Assembly: GCA_964600565.1 (NCBI GenBank)
Contig: CAZRJS010000005.1
Span: 1 to 39,119 of the forward strand
Source: Candidatus Woesearchaeota archaeon
Lineage (GTDB): Archaea; Nanobdellota; Nanobdellia; Pacearchaeales; GW2011-AR1
DNA length: 39,119 bases
Reading direction: 5' to 3'
The notes below the pieces were generated by a model that saw only the letters and a list, made by a program, of their open reading frames with translations, had not been told where the DNA came from and did not search any database. Made by a program: the position numbers and the translations under genes. Shown one piece after another: positions 9,848 through 17,117 of the stretch (the first letter of the stretch is position 1; each line of letters starts with the position of its first letter).

Positions 9848-10195
9848 TTACTTATAATTAAATTTTTTATTGTAAGTTTTATGGTTAATTATGTCGCGTA
9901 CAAAAGATATTATTTCTATTTTTGTTTCTCCTTCTGTTAAGGTATATAACATCCTCCAGAAGTTTGGGAGCTCAACTCTAAATAAATTTGTCACATTATA
10001 TTTTTCTTTATATTCTTTAGGAATTAATCTTTTTAAAATAGGGTTTCCATAATGAGGATTTATCTTAATCAGTTCTGACTTTTGTTTTATTGAATTCAAA
10101 ATCATCCTCTCTGTTTTTGAATTACTAGATTCTTTACTTAAATATTCATAAACTTCTCTTGCTTCAGAGGAGAGAATTATTGTTACTTTCTTCAT
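9848..10195 (-). CDS. RelE/ParE-superfamily-like toxin (copy 1)
   Basis: 115 aa with the pattern NPHYGNP...LPNFWRMLYTL...IEIISFVRDIINHKTYNKKF, comparable to the RelE/ParE core (wRiiY ... H.k.Y). ATGA start/stop overlap with the upstream small gene. Paralog of 32026..32355. Confidence 0.5.
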   Translation of the reverse strand: MKKVTIILSSEAREVYEYLSKESSNSKTERMILNSIKQKSELIKINPHYGNPILKRLIPKEYKEKYNVTNLFRVELPNFWRMLYTLTEGETKIEIISFVRDIINHKTYNKKFNYK

Positions 10196-10470
10196 ATTTG
10201 CAAACCTTTACTAATTGCTTTTTTTAAATTTGGATTTGTATTGTGAATCCAAGTTATTCCATTAAGTGAAGTAAAAATTTTATTACTCTGCTCTAAATAC
10301 TGAAGAATAAGCATAAGGGTATTGTGATTAACTTGTCTAGGAAGATTTCTTTTAAGTTCTGCAATAGAAATAACACTTTCATTTGCCTCTTTCAAAATTT
10401 TTTCTATCATAATTACAGTATTAAGTGTTGGCCAATGAATTACTTTTCTTCCTTGTACTAAACTTGACAT
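10192..10470 (-). CDS. small winged-helix-like protein, putative antitoxin (copy 1)
   Basis: 92-aa ORF translationally coupled to the toxin-like gene by a 4-nt ATGA overlap. Homologous by eye to 31745..32029 (HWPTLNTVIMIE vs HYPQLDTILRME; W.H/W.W near the C-terminus). Confidence 0.45.
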   Translation of the reverse strand: MSSLVQGRKVIHWPTLNTVIMIEKILKEANESVISIAELKRNLPRQVNHNTLMLILQYLEQSNKIFTSLNGITWIHNTNPNLKKAISKGLQI

Positions 10471-10604
10471 TTTAATAATTAATAGTTATTTACTTGTAAA
10501 TATTAACGATAAGTTTGTATTTAAGGTTTTTGGTTTAAATTTTATAATTAATTTTTTTATTAAATCTAAAAATATTAATTACAAAGGAGTAACAAAAAGA
10601 AAGA

Positions 10605-10612
10605 TTTATATA
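10605..10612 (+). promoter_or_regulatory. TATA-box-like TTTATATA upstream of 10635..11384
   Basis: TTTATATA at -30 to -23 relative to the ATG. The identical element sits at the same spacing in the second duplication unit. Confidence 0.4.
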
Positions 10613-10634
10613 GCCATTATGTGTTTAAAAAAAC

Positions 10635-11384
10635 ATGAAACCAACATTAATAGAACAAATAGGAGTAAAAAATAAACCCCTGCCTATGCTTTTAGGAGAA
10701 GAAAGTTTCTTAGAAAGAAAAGATAAGCCTTTATTACAAGTTTTAACATATAGGGAAATTTTCAACCCAGAAAAATCAAGAGAAACTGCCTTGAATATTT
10801 TAGAAAATGAGTCTTTGAAAGAAAGAGGAATTGTTTATAAAGGACATCCATGGAAATTTGATGAATTTAATAATCCTGAAAAATTAAAAAAAAATCTTGA
10901 TTATTCCCAAAAAGAATTTGATTTTCTTAGTGTTTCAGGGACTTACATTCCCTGGAAAGGACCTTGGGAGAAAGGCAGAATTGTAGATAATTTAGAAAAA
11001 AAATATTGGGCATATTATGGATATTTTGTTGGAGGAGCTTCTATATTATCCTTAGCATCAGGATCTCCTTTTTTAGGAGTTGGAAGTGCATCTTTATTAG
11101 TTTTTGCTTTGGTAGAAAAAAATAGAAGAAACAAAAAAGAGATAGTAAGAATTAAATTGAATAAATTAGAAAATGCAGCTGATTCTTATAATACTATCCA
11201 AGATAATTTAGAAAGAGCAGAAATTGAAGTTTATTCCCCAGATTCTGCAAAGAAAATTTTTGGAAAAGTTAAAGAGATTCGAAAAAGAAAAAATAATCCA
11301 TATGAATTAAAAAGTATTAATTTAAAAAAAGTGAATAAAGATTTGATAAATTCATACGATAATTTCTTAAGAGCAAATCCTTAA
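10635..11384 (+). CDS. hypothetical membrane protein, tandem paralog A
   Basis: 249 aa with a hydrophobic hairpin GGASILSLASGSPFLGVGSASLLVFALVEK and a coiled-coil-like C-terminal half. No family recognised. Confidence 0.6.
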   Translation: MKPTLIEQIGVKNKPLPMLLGEESFLERKDKPLLQVLTYREIFNPEKSRETALNILENESLKERGIVYKGHPWKFDEFNNPEKLKKNLDYSQKEFDFLSVSGTYIPWKGPWEKGRIVDNLEKKYWAYYGYFVGGASILSLASGSPFLGVGSASLLVFALVEKNRRNKKEIVRIKLNKLENAADSYNTIQDNLERAEIEVYSPDSAKKIFGKVKEIRKRKNNPYELKSINLKKVNKDLINSYDNFLRANP

Positions 11385-11434
11385 TTTAATAATAATTTAT
11401 AGAGAGTTGGAATTGATTTTTCAGGATTTTCTAT
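11381..11434 (-). pseudogene. orphan copy of the 3' end of gene 12245..13129
   Basis: The minus strand translates IENPEKSIPTLYKLLLN*, against the genuine C-terminus IENHEKSIPTLYRLLLN* at 12245-12298. It lies at the equivalent position of duplication unit 1 with no upstream ORF. Confidence 0.7.
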
Positions 11435-11471
11435 CTATTTTATTAATTTCAAAGGAGTAACAAAAGAAAGA

Positions 11472-11479
11472 TTTATATA
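11472..11479 (+). promoter_or_regulatory. TATA-box-like TTTATATA upstream of 11502..12248
   Basis: Duplicate of the element at 10605-10612, with the same -30 to -23 spacing to the ATG. Confidence 0.4.
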
Positions 11480-11501
11480 GCTATTATATGTTTAGAAAAA
11501 C

Positions 11502-12248
11502 ATGAAACCAACATTAATAGTACAAATAGGAGAGAAAAATAACCCTATACCCATGCTTTTAGGTGAAGAGAGTTTATTAGAAAAGAAAAACAATCCTTTG
11601 TTACAAGTTTTAACATATACAGAAGGATTAAAACCAGAAGAAGCAAGAGAAACTGCTTTGAATATTTTAGAAAATGAGCCTTTGAAAGAAAGAGGAATTT
11701 TCTATAAAGAACTTAAATGGGAGCAAGAATTCTTGAATAATTCTCGTAAATTGCAAGAAAGTGCTAAGGTTATTCCAAGAGAATTAGATTCTTATAGTTC
11801 TATTTCAAAAATTTATCTTCCTTGGAAGAAAGGGGAGATTCGGTTTGATTTAGCTAAAAAAGCAGGGGCATTATACGGAGAAGTTATAGGGATGTATGGT
11901 TTGACTTTAGCATCAATAGGTTTTCCTTTTTTAGGACTTGGAGTTGGAAGTGCATCTTTATTAGTTTTTGCTTTGGTAGAAAAAGATAGAAGAAACAAAA
12001 AAGAGATAGCAAGAACTAATTTGAATAAATTAGAAAATGTAGTTGATTCTTACAAAAACCTTGAAGATAATTTAAAGAGAGCAGAAATTAAAATTTATTC
12101 TCCAAAACCAGCTAAAGAAATTTTTGAAAAAGTTAAAGAGATTCGAAAAAGAAAAAATAATCCATATGAATTAAAAAGTATTAATTTAAAAAAAGTGAAT
12201 AAAGATTTGATAGATTTATACGATAATTTCTTAAGAGCAAATCCTTAA
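11502..12248 (+). CDS. hypothetical membrane protein, tandem paralog B
   Basis: 248 aa. The N-terminal ~65 and C-terminal ~45 residues are nearly identical to paralog A, while the central ~60 residues are strongly diverged. Its stop overlaps the convergent gene's stop (TTAA). Confidence 0.6.
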   Translation: MKPTLIVQIGEKNNPIPMLLGEESLLEKKNNPLLQVLTYTEGLKPEEARETALNILENEPLKERGIFYKELKWEQEFLNNSRKLQESAKVIPRELDSYSSISKIYLPWKKGEIRFDLAKKAGALYGEVIGMYGLTLASIGFPFLGLGVGSASLLVFALVEKDRRNKKEIARTNLNKLENVVDSYKNLEDNLKRAEIKIYSPKPAKEIFEKVKEIRKRKNNPYELKSINLKKVNKDLIDLYDNFLRANP

Positions 12249-13129
12249 TTTAATAATAATCTATAGAGAGTTGGAATAGATTTTTCATGATTTTCTATAA
12301 TAGTTAATCCCTTTCCTTTAAAATAAGTTGGTCTTTCGACCACATTTTTTCTAGGTCGATAATGATCTATTTTATCTAAATTTGCTGCAGTAAATTTTTC
12401 CACATTAAAACCTAAATTTCTAGTTATTGAAAATGATTTAAGAAAAACCTCAGGCATTATTACAGCAGAACCTAAATTAACCACAACTCCTTGTTTTAAT
12501 TTTGAAATAGAATCTGTTAAAATCTTAAAATCATTATATGAAGAACTCCCTAATGCTCCTGCATCACATTCAGGATGTTCATAAATTATCTCAGCCCCAA
12601 TTGCAGTGTGAACTGTGAGAGGAATATTTAACTTATATGAATGATAAAATAAACTAAATTCTTTATACTTCAAATTCATATCAGATATTAATTTGCCAAT
12701 AGAATATCCTAATCCAAGATTCTTTTTAGAAGCTTTTTTTGCAGCTAAGTTCAAATAATGCCCTGTTTCTTCAGCCATTCCAAAACTTCCATCTTTAAGA
12801 TTTTCTAAAACATCTTCTGAAGTTGCACCAATATAAGCTATCTCAAAATCATGAATTGGAACTGCTCCATTTACTGCAATATGAGTAATAATATCTCTCT
12901 TCATTAAATCAATAATAAATAAAGATAAACCTAATTTAATTGCATGTGCACCCATCATAAAAATAAATTGCTTGTTATTTTTTCTTGCTTGAGTTATTTT
13001 TTCTGAAAGTTCAATCAAGTTTTTGTTATTAGATAAAATTATAGGGTCTGATAAAGAAATTATATTCTCTAAATTAAATTTATTTTTTCTCTTGCTTAAA
13101 GAGATAGTTTTTATTTTATTAAAATCCAT
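12245..13129 (-). CDS. conserved hypothetical protein with weak deoxyhypusine-synthase-like (DS-fold) resemblance
   Basis: The ORF starts 1 nt after the mre11 stop. Segments MMGAHAIKLGLSLFIIDLMKRDIITHIAVNGAVPIHDFEI and SLFYHSYKLNIPLTVHTAIG resemble by eye the Rossmann-like layout of deoxyhypusine synthases. I do not see the SWGK-type lysine region I recall from true DHS. Confidence 0.35.
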   Translation of the reverse strand: MDFNKIKTISLSKRKNKFNLENIISLSDPIILSNNKNLIELSEKITQARKNNKQFIFMMGAHAIKLGLSLFIIDLMKRDIITHIAVNGAVPIHDFEIAYIGATSEDVLENLKDGSFGMAEETGHYLNLAAKKASKKNLGLGYSIGKLISDMNLKYKEFSLFYHSYKLNIPLTVHTAIGAEIIYEHPECDAGALGSSSYNDFKILTDSISKLKQGVVVNLGSAVIMPEVFLKSFSITRNLGFNVEKFTAANLDKIDHYRPRKNVVERPTYFKGKGLTIIENHEKSIPTLYRLLLN

Positions 13130-13130
13130 T

Positions 13131-14318
13131 TTAAAACTTCAAAATTTTTTTTGCATCATCTAGTAAACGAGTATTAAAATTTTCAGTTGTTTCACCTTCT
13201 TGTTTTTCAATTGAAAAAGAACTCATTAATTGATATACCAGATTGTTAAATTCAGAAGGATTTTCTTTAGAATAAAATTTTATTGCTTCTTCTTCAATAT
13301 TTTCTGTTTTTTCTTCTTCTATCTTTACTTCTAATTCATCTTCTTTTGTTTTTAAATTATGAATATTTTTTAACAAAAAATAAGCTCCTTTTTGCTTTAC
13401 AAATTCTTCTATTTGCGAAAATCTAATATCTGAATTTTTACTATTTTCAAGCTCTCCTCTTAATCTTATCAAAACAACTTTATCTTTAATATCATACTTT
13501 CCAATTTCAGAAATTATGTAATCTGTGGCAACTAAAGCATTTTTTATTTCAAATTCAAAACTTTTAACAGATTTTACTTTTATCTCTACTCTTTCAAGTA
13601 ATTTTTCTTTATTAGTATCAACTATATAAAAACCTCCAAAATTAATATCTTCTAGTTCCTGAAAATTATTTGGAAAAACTGGTCCTGGATAAACAAAATT
13701 TTCATATCGAAAATCAATATGTAAATGCCCCATTGCATAATAATCTGCCTTTGGAAGCTTTTCTTCCTCAATTGCATCAATAGGTAAAGAGCCTTTTGCT
13801 TTATCAAGAGTTGTGTGCAACATAAGTATCCTAAACATTCCAGGAGAATCATTAATTTTTATTCTTCTTAAATCATTTATTTCTAACCCGGATTTTTTTC
13901 CAGGATACCCATAGATTGCAACCCCTTTATAGATCGTTGGGTGAAGAACTATTTGATTATTTCTTTCTTCAGAAGTTGCTTCTTCAGGGTCAAAAGAGGT
14001 TACATTTTTACAAAAACCTGCTTTTTCTAAAACATCAAGAAAAGTTTTTCCAGAAACAGAATAATCATGTGAACCTGCAATTATAAAACATTTTAATCCA
14101 ACTTCATTTAATCTTTTAAATTCTGCAAAAGTTTTTTTCAGTATCTCAATTGAAGGAAATGCAGAATCAAATAAATCTCCTGCTATTAAAACAAAATCAA
14201 GTTTGGATTTTAAACATATATCTACTGCCCTCTTAAAAGATTCTGAATTTAAATCCTGCATGGGTTGTTGCTTCCACCCTCCAAGATGAACATCAGCCAT
14301 ATGTGCAAAGCGAACCAT
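13131..14318 (-). CDS. mre11: DNA double-strand break repair nuclease Mre11
   Basis: Calcineurin-like phosphoesterase motifs FAHMADVHLG, IAGDLFD, GSHD and GHLH in the Mre11 order; 395 aa. Confidence 0.85.
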   Translation of the reverse strand: MVRFAHMADVHLGGWKQQPMQDLNSESFKRAVDICLKSKLDFVLIAGDLFDSAFPSIEILKKTFAEFKRLNEVGLKCFIIAGSHDYSVSGKTFLDVLEKAGFCKNVTSFDPEEATSEERNNQIVLHPTIYKGVAIYGYPGKKSGLEINDLRRIKINDSPGMFRILMLHTTLDKAKGSLPIDAIEEEKLPKADYYAMGHLHIDFRYENFVYPGPVFPNNFQELEDINFGGFYIVDTNKEKLLERVEIKVKSVKSFEFEIKNALVATDYIISEIGKYDIKDKVVLIRLRGELENSKNSDIRFSQIEEFVKQKGAYFLLKNIHNLKTKEDELEVKIEEEKTENIEEEAIKFYSKENPSEFNNLVYQLMSSFSIEKQEGETTENFNTRLLDDAKKILKF

Positions 14319-14411
14319 AAAATTTGCAAAGATTTTGAATATATAAAATTTATTGTTATAAATAAGGGGTTTGAATAATTCTTTTTATAAAATATCAAAA
14401 AATTTGGTAAA

Positions 14412-14954
14412 TTATTTTCCAGTTAATTCCCAAACATAAATTTCCTCAAAAAATAATTTCTTTTTAGCTAATAAAATTTTTTTATAATTTAACCATTTAA
14501 TTCCTTTTGTTAAAGAGCTTGTAATTAAAAATATCTTCCCTTTATCAGTTAAATGAAATTTTGCTTGTTTCAAAAATTTATTAACTATTTCGGAGCCTTT
14601 TTTCCCCCCGGTTGTGGCAAGTCTCGAATCTCTTGGCTCTCTTTTATCTTCTGGAAGATAAGGGGGATTAAAAATAATTAAATCAAACTTAGATTTTATA
14701 TTTTCAAATAAATTTGATTTCATACAATTAAAACCTAATTTTCTGCAGTAATCAACAGCATTTAAATTTATATCACATGCAAAAATATTTTGTTTTTTTA
14801 TTCCTGCATTAAAAGCTGTTTGTAAATTAATTCCCCCTCCACAACCCATCTCTAAAAATTTCAAATCAGAAACTCTTAATTTTTTAGTGAGTTGTTTTTT
14901 CAAAATTTCTGAAAAAAAATAAGAATCTTCAGAAAAAGGATAAACTTCACACAT
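14412..14954 (-). CDS. HemK/Mtq2-like protein N5-glutamine methyltransferase
   Basis: SAM-binding motif LEMGCGGGIN and catalytic FNPPYLP (NPPY), with the size of archaeal Mtq2-type enzymes. The track start at 15017 is a TTG and would overlap the upstream gene by 44 nt, so the ATG at 14954 (MCEVYPF) is preferred. Confidence 0.7.
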   Translation of the reverse strand: MCEVYPFSEDSYFFSEILKKQLTKKLRVSDLKFLEMGCGGGINLQTAFNAGIKKQNIFACDINLNAVDYCRKLGFNCMKSNLFENIKSKFDLIIFNPPYLPEDKREPRDSRLATTGGKKGSEIVNKFLKQAKFHLTDKGKIFLITSSLTKGIKWLNYKKILLAKKKLFFEEIYVWELTGK

Positions 14955-14973
14955 TTTAAAAATTTTAGAAAGG

Positions 14974-15486
14974 TTAAGAAATAAAATCAATAATTTTATC
15001 TTTAAAAAAACAAACAACTATTGAAACACCTAATAAAAAAATCACTACATATAGAAGAATCATTAATAATCCATTTTTGCATTTTACAGGTTTTTCAGAA
15101 TAATCTGAAACTTTTGGTGTATTATTTACTGGTCTTTTCTCAATTTTTTGAGGTTGCTCTTCAAATTCTTGTTTTTTTTCAGTTTTACTATCTTCTAAAA
15201 ATTTCTCTTCTACTTTCTTTTTTTCAATTTTTTGGATTACTGGTAATTGATTTTTCTTCTGAATTTGATCAATTTTTGGAATTGTTGGTTTCTGCAGTTG
15301 CCCTTGTTTATCCTCAGAAAAATTTATTTTTTCCCCATTAAAATCCCCTTGATAAAGTTCTAATGCAGATGCTTCAATTTCTTCTTTTACATATCCTGCA
15401 TTATAAAAAGACATCATTGCATCTTTTAGAGTTTCTCCTTTTGACAATGCAGCTCTTAATCCGACAAGAATTTCTTTATTCACCAT
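14974..15486 (-). CDS. tail-anchored membrane protein with K/E/Q-rich linker
   Basis: 170 aa: a small N-terminal domain, a low-complexity KKVEEKFLEDSKTEKKQEFEEQPQKIEK region and a C-terminal TM helix LLMILLYVVIFLLGVSIVVCFF. No family recognised. Confidence 0.5.
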   Translation of the reverse strand: MVNKEILVGLRAALSKGETLKDAMMSFYNAGYVKEEIEASALELYQGDFNGEKINFSEDKQGQLQKPTIPKIDQIQKKNQLPVIQKIEKKKVEEKFLEDSKTEKKQEFEEQPQKIEKRPVNNTPKVSDYSEKPVKCKNGLLMILLYVVIFLLGVSIVVCFFKDKIIDFIS

Positions 15487-15515
15487 ATAACTTTAATTAA
15501 TTAAAGTTTAAAAAC

Positions 15516-16859
15516 TTATAGTTTAATCTCATGATTATCTTGCATAAGATGAACTTCTTTTCCAACCCTATAACCCATTTCTTTTGCAAGCTCTAACATT
15601 GGAATTAATTGTTGTGTAGAACCATGAGAAGGAATTATATTTTCTGGATTCACAATTAAAATTAAATCTCTTAAATCTTCTCTTCCCCCATGACCAGAAA
15701 CATGAACATTATCAAAAATCCTAACACCAGATTTTTTAAGCTTTTTATCCATATTCTCCTTATTTGCGATATTTATCGGAGCAGGAATTGTTTTTGAAGA
15801 AAAAATTATATTATCATTTGATTTAAATTCAAAAGGAAGTTTTCCTCTCGCAAGCCTGTCCATTATACTTCCTGGTTCCCCTTGATGTCCTGTACAAATA
15901 ACTAAAGAACTTTCTTTATTATTGCTAACTTTTTTAAGGATTGAATCTACCTGTCTTTTATAGGTTCCAATCTGGATATCTTTTTTAAAAGGACATAAAC
16001 CAACTTCTTGAGCAGAAGAAAGATATTTTCCCATACTCCTTCCAATAACATAAACTTTCCTGTTAAGTTTTTTTGCAAAATCAACAATACTTTTTATCCT
16101 TGCTATATGTGAAGAAAAAGTTGAAACAAAAATTGCTGATTTTTCATTTTTTATTGTTAACATAACCTCTTCAAGAAGAGCTCTTGCAACTTTTTCACTA
16201 GGAGTTTTTCTATTTTCTCCTGAATATAAAGAATCTGCAATTAAAACTTTTACACCTTTTTTAGAAAGTTCTTTTAATTTTTCATAATTAGGTGGAAGCC
16301 CTAAAATAGGGGAATTATCAAGCTTAAAATCATTTGCATAAAGAATAATTCCTTCAGGAGCATGAATAGCAATCATTGCTGTTTGAAGAGTTGAATGGGT
16401 TATATTAATAAATTCTACTTTATAATCTCTTTTTTTCCCCTTTACCATAAAAGAAGAGTTTGGATTTACTACTTGAATTTTATTTCCAAAAACTAGCTTA
16501 TCATCTTTCATTATTCTTTTTAAAACAGAAATTGTGAAAGGAGTTCCTACAACTGGAGCATTATATCTATAAGCTATATAAGGAACTGCGCCAACATGAT
16601 CTAAATGAGCATGCCCAATTAAAATTGCACGGATTTTTTTTCTTAATCCAAGCCTATCAAGAATAAGATCATCGGGAATAGCACCAATTCTTCTTAATTT
16701 TTTTTCAGAAAGAGGTTGTTGTACTGTCTCTTCTTCTTGTAATTCGACTACTGCAGGAAGAAAAAGGCCTGCATCAAGCATAATAGCATCATCTCCCAAA
16801 TCTATCACAGTCATATTTTTTCCTACTTCATTATATCCCCCAACTGTATAAATCTTCAT
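15516..16859 (-). CDS. rnj: archaeal RNase J (beta-CASP metallo-beta-lactamase ribonuclease)
   Basis: N-terminus KIYTVGGYNEVGKNMTVIDLGDDAIMLDAGL and GHAHLDHVGAVPY; about 447 aa. Two in-frame ATGs exist (16877 and 16859). A TTTTTAAA box just upstream of the first sits about 25 nt from the second, which fits a leaderless start at 16859. Confidence 0.8.
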   Translation of the reverse strand: MKIYTVGGYNEVGKNMTVIDLGDDAIMLDAGLFLPAVVELQEEETVQQPLSEKKLRRIGAIPDDLILDRLGLRKKIRAILIGHAHLDHVGAVPYIAYRYNAPVVGTPFTISVLKRIMKDDKLVFGNKIQVVNPNSSFMVKGKKRDYKVEFINITHSTLQTAMIAIHAPEGIILYANDFKLDNSPILGLPPNYEKLKELSKKGVKVLIADSLYSGENRKTPSEKVARALLEEVMLTIKNEKSAIFVSTFSSHIARIKSIVDFAKKLNRKVYVIGRSMGKYLSSAQEVGLCPFKKDIQIGTYKRQVDSILKKVSNNKESSLVICTGHQGEPGSIMDRLARGKLPFEFKSNDNIIFSSKTIPAPINIANKENMDKKLKKSGVRIFDNVHVSGHGGREDLRDLILIVNPENIIPSHGSTQQLIPMLELAKEMGYRVGKEVHLMQDNHEIKL

Positions 16860-16946
16860 ATTAAATAAAAAAAACATAGTTTAAAAATGTTTTAGAATTA
16901 TATTCAAATTCTAATATGAATATGCTTTAGTGAAACAATTAATAAT

Positions 16947-17025
16947 ATATTTATTTCAGAAAAAATTATTTACTGAATAAAATAAAAGTAATTAATAAAA
17001 AATTAACTATTAATAAAACTCCTAA
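16947..17025. repeat. 79-nt intergenic repeat, copy A (upstream of RNase J)
   Basis: Matches 33739-33817 at 68 of 79 positions by my hand alignment, including exact runs ATATTTATTTCAGAAAAAA (19 nt) and AAAAGTAATTAATAAAAAATTA (22 nt). Confidence 0.7.
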
Positions 17026-17117
17026 GATGGAAATTGAATTAAACTTATTTTTTGTATTTTGGGTATATAGAAAAAGATTATTAAAATAAAGGCAATTAAT
17101 AAAAAATTATATTGCAT

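Larger units (their letters stand above)
10574..12297. repeat. two-unit tandem duplication (period about 868 nt)
   Basis: Unit 1 spans about 10574-11434 and unit 2 about 11443-12297. Each has the same leader (CAAAGGAGTAACAAAA..AGATTTATATAGC), a 248/249-aa ORF and about 50 nt beyond the stop codon. Confidence 0.9.

Noticed and set aside
10635-12248. Variable central segment of the tandem paralogs, considered as a diversity-generating retroelement target.
   Set aside because: The window has no reverse transcriptase and no template repeat. The differences are not confined to adenine positions; the segments are simply diverged.
15021-15341. 106-aa plus-strand track ORF, together with similar ORFs at 727..939, 3075..3302, 5017..5214, 11813..11998, 13652..13852, 18799..19017, 19785..20006, 21723..21944, 23485..23697, 25040..25264, 28627..28857, 33080..33286, 33381..33587, 34082..34282, 38258..38485 and 38377..38604.
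   Set aside because: All lie antisense to or inside much longer ORFs with clear family motifs. Their translations are low-complexity F/L/I/Y-rich strings, as expected from shadow frames in AT-rich DNA.
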